Source: an uncultured Candidatus Rokubacteria bacterium (GTDB taxonomy: Bacteria; Methylomirabilota; Methylomirabilia; Rokubacteriales; CSP1-6). From it: a DNA stretch of 64,000 nucleotides. The stretch covers positions 32,001 to 96,000 of the forward strand of contig CAVYTA010000006.1 of NCBI GenBank assembly GCA_963771355.1, given 5' to 3'. The number at the start of each line of letters is the position of its first letter. Position 1 is the first letter of the stretch. Below, piece after piece: positions 31,732-42,756 of this stretch. Under the pieces are notes generated by a model. It had not been told where the DNA came from. It did no database searches and worked only from the letters and a program-made list of their open reading frames with translations. The position numbers and the translations under genes were made by a program.

Positions 31732-32714
31732 CAAGCGGTCGTCCCGAGGAATTCACGATACCACGACAGCGCGAGCGAGAGGCCGGCGGGGTGGTCGAAC
31801 TGGGCCCGCCAGCCGAGCACCCGCTGGGCGCGAGTCGGATCCAGGTACTGGTCCGGAATCTCATGGTTGGCGTTGCCGCGAATCTCCGGGACGAGGTCGG
31901 CGCGATCGCGATCGCCAGAATCTTGGTCACGAGCTCCAGTACGCCGATAGGTTCCGCGTGGCCGAAGTTGAACGCAACCCCGGCCAGACCGCGATCGAGC
32001 GCGAGTGCTTCCGCCAGCCTAAGGTAGGCTGCCACTCCGTCTTGAACGTACAGATAATCACGCAGGGGCCGTCCGTCGCTCCGAATCACGGGAGGCTCTC
32101 CGCGCAGGACCGAACGGATCGTGCCGGGCACGAGGCGGTTCCAGTTCATATCGCCGCCGCCGTACAGATTCGCGCAGCGGCTGATGACGACGGGCAAGTG
32201 GTACGTGATCGCATAGGACTGCGCGATCAGATCCGCGCATGATTTGCTGACGTCGTACGGATACCGTCCCTGAAGCGCCATGTCCTCCGTATACGGAAGC
32301 GGTCGCGTGCGATCCGTACGCCTTGTCGGACGAAGCGACGATCACTTGCCTGACCGCCGGGCTTCGCCTGGCTGCTTCCAGCACCGCCCATGTGCCGCGG
32401 ATGTTCGTATCGAGGGTCGAGATTGGATTTCTGCCGGCGATGCCAACGACCGCCTGCGCAGCGAGGTGAAACACCGTATCGACTTCGTACTCGCCCAGAG
32501 CGCGTTCGACGAGTGCCTGATGTCGGACAGCGCCCCTGACGACGCGTACACGATCGAGCCACCCGCGGCGCACCAGCTCGCAGTCGGGGACCCAGTCGCG
32601 CACGAGGCAGACGACTTCCGCGCCCTGCTCGACGAGGGCGGGCACGAGCCAGCCGCCGAGAAATCCGGTGGCGCCGGTGACCAGGGTGGCCCGATCGCGC
32701 CAAAACGAGCTCAC
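31731..32714 (-). CDS. CDP-glucose 4,6-dehydratase-like extended SDR (frameshifts near 32297 and 31910)
   Basis: [38 protein letters not shown] and TGATG coupling on both sides. Confidence 0.88.
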
Positions 32715-33481
32715 GGCCAGATCTTCCACGGCGCCCGCCCGCTCGACCACAGTGACTCCAGCTGCCTTTTGTCGCGGAGGGTGTCCATCGGCAGCCAGAA
32801 CGAATCGTGGCGATAGGCCATGAGCTCCCCGTCCGCCGCCAGCCGCTCGAGGGGGTCGCGCTCCCACTGCGTGTGGTCCCCTTCGATGTAGTCGAGCACA
32901 CGAGGCTCGAGCACGAAGAACCCGCCGTTGACCCAGCCTTCGCCAAGCTGCGGTTTTTCGGAAAAGGTGGCGACCCGATCGCCGGCGAGCTCGATGCCGC
33001 CGAACCGCGCGGGCGGCCGAACCGCGGTAACTGTCGCGAGCTTGCGATGGCTACGATGGAAAGCGACCAGTGCGTGCAGGTCGAGGTCGGCGAGGCCGTC
33101 GCCGTAGGTCATCAAGAAGGTGCCGTCACCCACCCACCGGCGCAGTCGTTTGAGCCGGCCGCCGGTCATTGTCTCGTTTCCCGTCTCGACGAGGTGCACG
33201 ACCCAGTCTTCCGAGGTCTGGTCGTGACGTTCGATGCGGCGGTCGCGGGTGAACACGCTGACGCTGCCCTCGAGGGAAACCGTGTCGACAAAATACTGTT
33301 TGATCACGTCGCCACGGTAGCCGAGGGCGATCACGAACTCGCGGCAGCCCCCCGCCGTGTAGTGCTTCATGATATGCCACAGGATCGGCCGTCCGCCGAC
33401 CTCGACCATGGGCTTCGGGCGCAGCTCGGTTTCCTCGCTGAGCCGGCTGCCGACCCCCCCGGCAAGTATGACGACTTTCAT
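32711..33481 (-). CDS. rfbF: Glucose-1-phosphate cytidylyltransferase
   Basis: [14 protein letters not shown]...[37 protein letters not shown]. Confidence 0.95.
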   Translation of the reverse strand: MKVVILAGGVGSRLSEETELRPKPMVEVGGRPILWHIMKHYTAGGCREFVIALGYRGDVIKQYFVDTVSLEGSVSVFTRDRRIERHDQTSEDWVVHLVETGNETMTGGRLKRLRRWVGDGTFLMTYGDGLADLDLHALVAFHRSHRKLATVTAVRPPARFGGIELAGDRVATFSEKPQLGEGWVNGGFFVLEPRVLDYIEGDHTQWERDPLERLAADGELMAYRHDSFWLPMDTLRDKRQLESLWSSGRAPWKIWP

Positions 33482-33884
33482 GTCGAGGAGCGATTGTATC
33501 GCAGAGGCGCGGGACTTGCTTCCTTCGCGTCCGGCACCCACGGTAGCGCCATCAGGGCCCACGCGACCAGCACGATCTCCGAGTCGCCGAAGTTGTATTC
33601 GGAGAGGCCGGCGACGAGAAAGCCCACGATCGCGGCCAGGCTGCCGATTACGAGGGCGCGCTCCCGCGCCGCATTCGCGGGCAACCGTCGTAGCAGGCCG
33701 ATGCCATTGGCGATGAAAGCGACCCAGATCCAGAGCCACGCGGCCAGACCGAGCGCCCCCGCGCTCCACCAGAATACATGTGGCGCAGCGGGCTGACGAT
33801 GTGGAGCGGGCACCCCCTGCTTGGGAGTGGGGCCGGGGGAAGTCAAGCGCGAATACGAGCGCTACGCGCTGCCGGCGGCGGCCA
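33478..33884 (-). pseudogene. Degenerate second copy of the O-antigen ligase 3' end with an internal inversion
   Basis: 33520-33772 matches 17490-17742; 33775-33884 reads YMWRSGLTMWSGHPLL...KREYERYALP on the + strand (inverted copy of about 17785-17890). Confidence 0.85.
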
Positions 33885-34660
33885 CGCCCGGCTCGCTGCA
33901 GCTTCTCGATGTGGCGAGCGACCTCATCGCTCCCCCAGCCGTCAGCGCCGACGATGACGAGCGGACCGATCCGGCTCCGCCAGCTCGACAGCCTGCAAGA
34001 GACGCGGCAGATTCTTCCGGGGCTCGATCGTCCCCATGAAGAGCAGATAGCCGTCCTGCACGAGCCCCCAAGCCGACAGGACCTGCTGTATCTCCGCGGC
34101 CGGCAATGGCCTGAACGACTGGTCCGCAGCGAGGGGAACCGCACTGATGCGCTCGGAACGAACACTGAAGTGCTTGATGATGTCGTCTCTCGTCGCCGCC
34201 GAGTCCGCGAGGATGTGATCCGCGATCTCCAGAGAACGCGCTATCTCGTGCGTCATGCTGTTGACGCGGGCCCGTGGGTGCCACTCGGGGAACAGCACGA
34301 GCGTCAGGTCATGAATCGTCACCACCCGCCGGGCCCGCTTCACCGCATGCGTGAACACGTAGTTCGTCGCGTGGTATACGTCGAAGAACCCGATGCTTCG
34401 TTCGACAGGAGTGCCGATGCCGAGCTTGCGCTGTACCCGAAGCCGGAGAGCGCGGAACCGCCCCTCGCTTACCACGCGAACGCACTCCTCGGCAAATACG
34501 GCACCTCCCGCATGCGAAGGGATCTGGTCAGTCGCGGGTACATGACAACGTACTCGTGGACTGGGGCCACGCGCGCGAGAGCCTTGATCAGATGATACGT
34601 GTACTGACCGATCCCCGCCCTGGGAGGCACGAGAGGGTACCCGTCGATCGCGATCTTCAT
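33885..34660 (-). pseudogene. Truncated, frameshifted second copy of the GT4 at 18690..19820
   Basis: [24 protein letters not shown]...; collinear with 19042-19820, lacks the C-terminal EGFGLP region. Confidence 0.88.
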
Positions 34661-34732
34661 GCGGTGGGCATCAGGCGGTGGGTTCGGACGGATTGTGTAC
34701 CAGGCCCATCGCGTCGTGGGGGCCGCCGATGC

Positions 34733-35612
34733 TCACAATTGCGTTCGCGCCTCCTGTATGCTGTCGCGTAGCCATACCCACCACACGGCCCAAGCGGAGC
34801 GGGGGATGCTTCGGTTATAGCGTAGGAACGTAGCGAGACTAATCCCTATCAGGGATAGCCGGTCCCGGATGGAAGGGTCGCGGTTTTGCAGCCCCAAAGC
34901 CGCATGCGCATACCCAAAAACCAAGCTCGGCGCAACGCGGCCGAAATGACGGTAGATGACCCGGAGGATCTCAGCGTGCGCCTGCCTGCGCTGGTCCAAT
35001 GTCTTCGCCTCTGCGTGCAGGCGGGTGCTGGCGAGATAGTGTGGCGTGTGGATCAGGATCTTCCCCGCCCGGGCCAGGCGAATCCAGAGGTCGTAGTCCA
35101 TGCAATAGCGTAGCGATTCCTCCAGACAACCGGCGTCTTCGACGGAGTCACGTCGAAGAAAGACGGTAGGTTGACAGATGAAGCAGGTCTCCTGGAGCCG
35201 ATCCGGGTTGAAGGGCTCGGTCGGATAGCGCTCCAGGATCCGGCCTTCCTCATCGACGTGGTAACCCTCTCCGTAGACCGCCGCCGATTCAGGGTGGGCG
35301 TCCAGGGCTGCCACGGCCTGCGCGACGGCTCCCGGCAGGTAGAGGTCGTCGGAGTTGAGGTAGGCGAGGATGCTCCCACGCGCCTGTCGCCAGCCTTTGT
35401 TGATCGCGTGCGCCTGCCCGTGGTCGGGCTCTGAGACCCACCGGAGACGATCGGAATACTCTCGGAGGATCGACACTGTCTCGTCCGTCGATCCCCCATC
35501 GATGATGAGGTATTCGATCCGCGGGTAGTCTTGCTTGAGGACGCTCTCGATCGTCGCGCGGATGAATCGCCCCTGATTGTAGGACGGCGTGACGATGGTG
35601 ACGAGTGGAAGC
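34733..35612 (-). CDS. GT2 glycosyltransferase (possibly the C-terminal domain of a fused GT2-GT2 gene)
   Basis: LPLVTIVTPSYNQG, DGGSTD, YLNSDD, CQPTVF, MDYDLW; no clear start codon of its own. Confidence 0.85.
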
Positions 35613-35614
35613 GT

Positions 35615-36796
35615 GAGTGTTCCCAATCCAGTGCTCTCAATAGGTAGGCGAGCCGACGTCGGTCCGGCCCGAGCCCTTCGGCGCTCGGGACAAACCATCG
35701 GGACGCGACTAGGACAATATTCGTCGGCTGCTTCGACTGCGGCACTGACAGGACGACGTCGAAATCGCCGTATTCGATCGGGATCTGCTGTGACATGCCA
35801 TTGCACTCGACACGGATCGTCTGCCCTTTCAGGGCATCGCTGAGCCGCGGCAGTGAGCCGCTAAGGCGGAGTTTTCCATTGCCAGGCGGCAGCATGTAGT
35901 AGGCTCTTGTGGTCGCCCAGCCATCGGAATACAGTCCCTGGGCCTCGTTAACGATCCAGTGACTGATCGAGTAGGCAAGAGTCACCAGACGCGCACGAAA
36001 CCATTGCGAGGGCTTGCTGAGAAAGCCGGGCGTCAAGACTGCGCAATGTGGTCGCACCACACGCTGACATACGGTATCCAGCCCATAGTTAACGTAACCC
36101 GGCGGATACCGCAGGCGTCCGTGGCGGCGCATGATCCGCACCAATTCCCAAAAACGCTTGGCACCGCCAGTTGCTGTCTTGGCTTCCTCGTATTCTCGTA
36201 AGCACCCCATAAATCTGGGGATGTACTCCAACGGATACCTTTTCCCGATCCTGATGAGTACGTCCAGATCCATACCCCAGTGGAGGGTTTCGTCCAAGTA
36301 GCCGACCTCATCGAGCACCGCCCTCCGAAAGAAGACGGTTTGCTGCAGAGTATAGTCGGAAAGGTGAGAATCAGTTTCCAGAGATTGAACGGCGCAGTGT
36401 GCGGAAAACGACTCTTGATCTGGCCTTCGATGTCAATCTGATAACCCTCGCCATACACAGCGCCGGCTTCCGGCCTGCGCTCGAACGCGCGCACCGCCTC
36501 CCACACGGCGCCGGGCAAAATCGTGTCGTCCGAATTCAACCATGCCAGTATCTCGCCTCTAGCCATCGAGAAGCCCTTGTTGATGGCGTGGGATTGGCCG
36601 CGATCCTTCTCGGATATCCAGGTGAGACGGTTCGAGTACTCTCTCACGACGTCAGCGGTATCATCGGAAGACCCGCCGTCGATAATCAGATATTGAATCC
36701 GAGTGGGTAGTCCTGCTGGAGAACGCTTTCGATCGTTGCGCGGATGAACCGGCCCTGATTGTAGGACGGGGTGACGATGCTGACGAGTGGGAGCAC
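35615..36796 (-). CDS. GT2 glycosyltransferase with C-terminal beta-rich extension (several frameshifts)
   Basis: VLPLVSIVTPSYNQG from GTG 36796, DGGSSD, WLNSDD, MDLDVLIRIG, GLYSDGW...DRRRLAY across three or more frames. Confidence 0.8.
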
Positions 36797-36955
36797 GACG
36801 TGAGTCTATCAGGCACGGTGGTTCCTTCGAAGCCGCCGTCTCCGCAGGGCCGGCGGCGGGGAGATCTGCGGCGACAGACACGCCCTTGACCAACCTCGAT
36901 GAGTGGGGCACTATCGGGACTCAGTAAACGATAAATATTCGCCCCCAAGGAAGCC

Positions 36956-37711
36956 GTGGACGCCGCCTACCAAGCCATCTATTGGCAGCTGGAAGAGACC
37001 CACTGGTGGTTCAGGGGCCGCGCGCATCTCATCCTGAGTCTCCTGCGCCGGCTCAAGGTTCCGCCCTCCGCCGCCATACTCGAGGCTGGCTGCTCGGCTG
37101 GCCCGCTCATGCGCCGCTTGCACGGCGCTGGCTTCACGAACGTCACCGGGATTGACCTGTCAGAAGACGCCATTCGTCGCTGCCATGCTGGAGGTCTGAC
37201 CAACACGGCTGTGATGGATGCGACCAACCCGCGATACGCGGACGACTCATTCGATTTCTTGATTGCTTCGGATGTGCTCGAGCACATTGCCGACGAAGAG
37301 GCTGCGCTCAGGAATTGGCTGCGCCTGCTGAAGCCAGGCGGCCGATTGCTGGTGTGCGTTCCTGCGTTCATGTTTCTCTGGTCTGACCACGACGCGGTCA
37401 ACCATCACCTACGCCGGTACACGAGCAAGAGCCTCAGAGCCGCGCTCAATCGAGCGGGCTTCGCAATCGACCGTGCGGGCTACTGGAACTTTAGCCTGTT
37501 TCTTCCGGTGGCCGCATTGCGACTCCTCCAGCGCGCATTGGCACGGTCGGACGGGCAGAAGACAGGCCAACTTCGTCCCAGCGCCTCTTTGGTCAACGCC
37601 GCCCTCTACACGCTCCTGAGGGTCGAGAACCACCTGCTTCTGAACTCCTGTCCGTTCCCCTTCGGTGTGAGCACTTTCGCGATTGCGAGCCGCCGGAGGA
37701 GCGGGGCTTAG
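36956..37711 (+). CDS. Class I SAM-dependent methyltransferase (type 11)
   Basis: EETHWWF, LEAGC, DVLEH, LLKPGG, WSDHD..NHHLRRY; AAGGAAG RBS. Confidence 0.9.
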   Translation: MDAAYQAIYWQLEETHWWFRGRAHLILSLLRRLKVPPSAAILEAGCSAGPLMRRLHGAGFTNVTGIDLSEDAIRRCHAGGLTNTAVMDATNPRYADDSFDFLIASDVLEHIADEEAALRNWLRLLKPGGRLLVCVPAFMFLWSDHDAVNHHLRRYTSKSLRAALNRAGFAIDRAGYWNFSLFLPVAALRLLQRALARSDGQKTGQLRPSASLVNAALYTLLRVENHLLLNSCPFPFGVSTFAIASRRRSGA

Positions 37712-37715
37712 TCCT

Positions 37716-38700
37716 TCAGGGCGCCGGAAGGCGGCCTTGCTGGTACAGCGTCACGTGGTGCTGGAGCATGGCGTGGATACCAGCTGGGAGGTCGGTCATC
37801 GGCGGCGCATCCGCGTCGAGCGCGCGCCGCGAGCGGAATTGGAGCCGCAGGGGCTGCTGGCGGTGGCGCGCGTGCGGCATGCAAACGATGCGGGGCGGCC
37901 GCTTGGAGACCCGCGTGAAGATGCCGATCAGGCCTGCGATGGAGAGGCTCTGGCCGGCTGCGAAGATCTTTACGAGTGTTCCCGAAGGCCGCGTCTCGCG
38001 GAGGCGCCTGACGACCCGGAGGAGGTGGCGAGCCGCGTCATCCACGAACAGATAGTCGCGGAGCGTATCCAGCGGGACATAGATGTGTACGGGTTGACGG
38101 TGAACGAGGCTTCGCGAGAGGTGCGCAATCAATCCTTGTTGGCGAGCTAGGTTCTGCCACGGGCCATAGAGATTGGAGAATCGCGCCACCAGGCAGGAGA
38201 CGTTCGGGCGCGATCGGGCCCAGCGGAGCACGAATTCCTCTTGGCCCAGCTTGTTTCTGCCATAGTCCGAGATCGGAGAGCAGCGCGAATCCTCCGTGAG
38301 AGGAACCTCTGGGTTGTCGCCGTAGACGCCTCCCGCCGAGCTCGAGAGAAGGAAGAATCCCGGACGCGCGGGTTCTGCGTTTGCGAGACGCGCGCCGAGG
38401 TAATCGACCAGCTGCCGGAGCGCCGTGCTCTCCGTCTCGAAGGCCTGGGTCGGGGTCCCGATCCCGCCGGCACCCGCGCACCAGAGCACGAGCCACGGAC
38501 TGTCTCGCCGTCGGATCTCGGCTGCGAAGGACTCAGTCGCGCGGTCGAGTTCCCCGGAGAGACGGGTCGGGTCCTGCCATGAAAACTTGGATGGGGCGGG
38601 GCTCCAGCAAGTCGTGTCGACAAGCTCCTGCGGAATGAGCGCTTCGGGTACGGGACCCCAGCAAGCCTCCCCTCCCGACTACCCATGCGAGCGCAGGTCT
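37716..38700 (-). CDS. NAD-dependent epimerase/dehydratase (frameshifted 5' part, start approximate)
   Basis: AWVVGRGGLLGS at about 38650-38690, SSAGGVYG, YGRNK, NLYGP, RDYLFVDD. Confidence 0.82.
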
Positions 38701-39700
38701 CAGGGGTCAGCCTTGTCGTTACGGCTTGGTCGTGAAACGGTGATGTAGAGTGGCTTGCCCATCGTCGTCGTGACCACGAACGCCAGGTATTCGGCGATCA
38801 CTCCGAGCGAGAAGAGGATGATGCCAGAGAAGAAGCAGACCACGATGAGCAGCGACGTGTACCCCTGTACGGGGATCTGATGCGCGAGCTTGGCCCAGAG
38901 GGTGTGCACGCTGATGACGATACCGAGAAGCACGGACAGGAAACCCAGAATCGAGATGATCCGAAGCGGGCGGGTGCCGGCGGAGAGGATCAGCCGGCCG
39001 AAGTGTGCCGTGAGCTTACCGAGAGTGTAGCCGGAAGCCCGCCCGCGCTCCGGCCGTAGCGTCACGGGACAAATCGCAGTCTGCCCAACCACCCATGAGA
39101 GAGCCACGTCCAGGTATACGCCGTTGCCACAGTAGGCCGCGATGCTACGCGCGATGTCGCCGCGGACGAGCCGGAAGCTGTTGAAACCCTCTAAGGACCG
39201 ATTGCCAACCAATGCCACCGTGAGGCGCTTGACCAGGAGACTCGTTGCGTTACGCCACCGCGTATGAGGAGGCCCGTTAACGGGTTTGGCGTAAACCAGG
39301 GCCACGTCACTCTCGATGGCATGGTCAAGGAGGTTCGCGATGTCGGCCGGGTCCTGCTGACCGTCCTCGTCCAGCGTCGCGACCCAATCGCCGCTCGAGG
39401 CTGCCATACCTGCGAGCGTCGCAGGGTGCTGCCCGTAATTGCGCGAAAGCCATACTGACATGACGAACGGATATTGCCGGGCCAGCGCCTCCATGACCGA
39501 GTGGGAGTGATCGATCGCCCCGTCGTGGACCAGGATCACCTCGATTCACCCGAAAGCGCCGACCCCGGGGGGTTTCCTGCGGCTTCACGAGGGGCTCGAT
39601 CTCCGCCAGGAGTGATTCGAGGGTCCGCTCGCCCTGGTAGACGGGTACCACGATGCTGATGGAGTAGGTGAGGGCAAGCGGAGGCTCTTCCTTTGTCGTT
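38700..39700 (-). CDS. GT2 polyprenol-phosphate glycosyltransferase (ArnC/GtrB-like); frameshift near 39543, start approximate
   Basis: SISIVVPVYQG, LSRNYGQH, TLDEDGQ, two C-terminal TM helices, LGVIAEY. Confidence 0.88.
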
Positions 39701-39767
39701 ACGATCTTTCGCCTCCCCTAAGAGGTGATGTCGGAGACTAGCGGCTCAACCTCGCGGAAGTCAAGGG

Positions 39768-41923
39768 TCAATTGACTCGCAACTCTTTGAACAGAACTGC
39801 CATTGACCGAGGATCATTCGCGTGACTGTTCCAGACTGCATAGCGGAGCTCCACTCGATTCGATCCAGCGTTCCACCTGACCGGAATTTTTGCGTTCCTG
39901 AAACCATCGCGGATTTCAAATGTGATGTGAGCCACCGCAACACCATTCACGGCAAGCTCCACGGCCTGTCCGGGGCTCCATGGTAAGTCCCGTCGAGCTC
40001 GATCAATCCTTCCCGCTGGCTCGCCGATGTCGATAGAAGCACTGTCGTGGGCCCGAGTCCCCATCGCACCATCCGGTTTCCCGCTGGCGCGTACGGCCCC
40101 TCCAGCGGCCCTAGGCCCGTGGCGACGGTCCAGCCGCCGAACGCCGGCGTCCGACCGAACACGTAGAAGTTCAGTCCCTCATGCGCCGGAACTGTCGCCA
40201 GCAGGCGGAGACCCGCGTCCGTCTTCAGCGCCTCGAGGATCTGACCTTGGACCTTGTAGCTCGGAACATGTGTCCACCGAAACGCCCCCTGGTCGCCCGC
40301 GACCACGTACTCCGCCCCCTCAATCGCCTTGACATGTTCCGACACGTTCGTGGAATACGTCAGTGAAGAAAACCTCAGTGGTAGCTGGTCAGTGAGCGCT
40401 CGGAATCGAAGGAGGTCGGCGTTGAGGTTGGCCGCGCTTGTGACGTAGACGAGCCCGAAATGGCCCTCGGCCGCCGACGGTTCTTTAATCGCCCTATACA
40501 CCTCACGCTCCACGCGATTGTCCGTCACCACCCAATCGGTCGTCTTGGTCCCCAACTTCTCCGGCCAGTTGAACGCAAGGAGCGCCGTGGCGACTGCGAC
40601 CCAGCCTAGGACTATCCCAATCGGCGCGCGTCCGGGGGGACGCCTCGACCAGTGCTGGTCGAGCAGGAACAATGCGCGAAGCAGAAGCACGCCGACGAAT
40701 AGCAGGATCGCCGCGAATGTCGATCCGATGAATGGATTGCCGTAGCGGCTTGCCGTGGGCATCAGCCAAGCGAGGAACAACACCGCGCCAAACCCAAATC
40801 CGACTTTGAGTTGGATTCGGCGGGTAGCTGCGTCTTCCGTCCCAACATATGCGAGGCCAGTGACTACGGCCAAGACCATCACGAGGTATCCATGTTGCCC
40901 AATCATCAGCTGCCCGCCATGACCGTCCCACACGTACCGAACGAGGTCCCGCCAGCTGTCCTGGCGCAACCACATCTCCTTCTGCTGGCCTAGCACGTTC
41001 ACGTACACGTACCGGGCCACATTCCCCCCCGCTACCGCGTAGTATGGCCCCGCGAGCAGCAGCACCGGCAGGCAATACGGCCACATGGCCGCCCAGCAGC
41101 GCTGTCGCTTGGCCATTTCCCGATGGCTCGGGTCGAGCAAATCCGTCCCGCGGCTCCACAGAGCCGCCGCCACCCAAGACCCGACGAACATGTAGATTGT
41201 GAACGGGAACGAGGGCGTCTTGACGAGGAGCGCAAGCGCGAAGCACAGCCCTGTCAGCATCTGGTGTCGGCGCGGGGCCCAATACGGGGAGTAGCGAAGC
41301 ATCAACACCGCGCCCAGCCCCGTCACCAGTCCGGCCGTCGCGTCCGGCCGGAAGTGGTAGGGCAGCGTCCCCATGATCGGGAAGCTGAGCGTAAAGAGTG
41401 CTCCCGCGATGCGCGCGTGCAGGGGCAGGCCATTCAGGAGGCGATCGGCCACGAACATAACGGTCAGCACGATCAGCCCCATGAGCGCGTAGGGCGCCCA
41501 CTCGGTCGGCCCAAAGATCACAAAGCTGGTGCCTGTCACTAACGTCGCGAAGGGACTGTGTGGAGGGTCCACCCACATTCGCGCTAAGCAGGCCTTCACG
41601 CCCTGGGTCTGGAATAGCTGAGCGTACTCGAGCCCCTCGCTCAGATAGAAGACGTCGTCATATAACGGCCCGACCAGTGCGCGCCCATAGGTCCGTGAGT
41701 ACTGGATGATCATCGACGTGAATGCGGCCGCAAGGAGGATGTACACGAGGATCCGGAACCCGTTGACAGTGCTGTCTCGACTCACGAAGGGCGGCGCATC
41801 GCGGCTACTGACGTCCTCACCAACCGTCCCCGTAGCTGGCCTGGCCCCGTCTGTCGCGCGATTTACCTCGCCACTCGCCCGTGTGACTTGCCAGTCGGAT
41901 GTCCTGAATCCTTCGTCAGCCAC
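39768..41923 (-). CDS. Large polytopic membrane protein, probable GT-C glycosyltransferase with periplasmic C-terminal domain (frameshift near 39970)
   Basis: YDD acidic motif after the first TM, many TMs, ALLVKT; C-terminal beta domain ending DPRSMAVLF. Confidence 0.7.
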
Positions 41924-41987
41924 CGAGGATCTCGACGTTTAGTGGGTCGCCCGTGCCATCCATCTCGCGCGATGAAACTCTCACGTA

Positions 41988-42692
41988 CTACTCATACGCG
42001 ATGTCGTCGAAGACGCCGGGAGGCAATTGCAGGCGCCTGGCGAGCGGAGCCTCTTCCTCGCGCACATAAAACCGGTTCAAACCGTCGAAATAGGCGAAGA
42101 CATAACGGTTGGCGAGAATGATCGGCTCCCAATCGTGCCACATCGCAATGCTCTCGAGGTCATCCCAGCTTGCAGGCCGCGTAGCGGGCTTGGTGGCCTC
42201 GATCACCAGGGCGCGGGGCCGAAATCGGCGCCAGTCGCAGCTCTCGATGGCGGGCTTCTCCCACCCCTCAATATCGATCTTGAGAAAGTCGACCGGACCT
42301 GAGCAATATCGCTCGAAGATCTCATTCAGGGTAACGACGGGGACCATGTACTCCGTGACGGTTCCGCCTCTGGCTCGGAACTGATCCGCGATGGCGGGGT
42401 CGGGCGTTGACAGGTAGCTCTCTTCCACACATTCGAAGAAGCGCATCTCACCGGGAACCTGGCCGACCGCCACATTCAGATTGACGTCGCGCGGGCGTTC
42501 TCGTTGGAACAGATCGAACTTCGAGCGCAGTGGTTCGATGTTTACGCCGTGCCAGCCACTGTTATAGAAGTGCTTTGTCACGGAGTCCGTGTTGGGATCC
42601 CAGGCGCCCACGTCGACATAGAACCCGCCCGCCTGTTCGTGGAATAGGCGGTTGAGCATGATATCTTCGAAGTTCTGCGCGTACGTATACAT
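41988..42692 (-). CDS. FkbM-family methyltransferase
   Basis: YAQNFED, GFYVDVGA, GVNIEP, FLKIDIEG. Confidence 0.92.
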   Translation of the reverse strand: MYTYAQNFEDIMLNRLFHEQAGGFYVDVGAWDPNTDSVTKHFYNSGWHGVNIEPLRSKFDLFQRERPRDVNLNVAVGQVPGEMRFFECVEESYLSTPDPAIADQFRARGGTVTEYMVPVVTLNEIFERYCSGPVDFLKIDIEGWEKPAIESCDWRRFRPRALVIEATKPATRPASWDDLESIAMWHDWEPIILANRYVFAYFDGLNRFYVREEEAPLARRLQLPPGVFDDIAYE

Positions 42693-42756
42693 GTAGATTA
42701 TCGACTTCGCGGAAACCTGCCCATCCAACGGCGCGCAGATCGGCGCATCTCCTGCC

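Noticed and set aside
30515..32281. Apparent dehydratase/C-methyltransferase fusion ORF
   Set aside because: Produced by frameshifts; a TGATG junction at 31731 separates the two genes
32711..34165. 484-aa extended RfbF
   Set aside because: The upstream part is off-frame pseudogene sequence; RfbF starts at 33481
8616..40000. Programmed frameshifting or phase-variable homopolymer switches
   Set aside because: Runs at the shift sites are short, affect unrelated genes, and show no consistent slippery motif; read error is simpler
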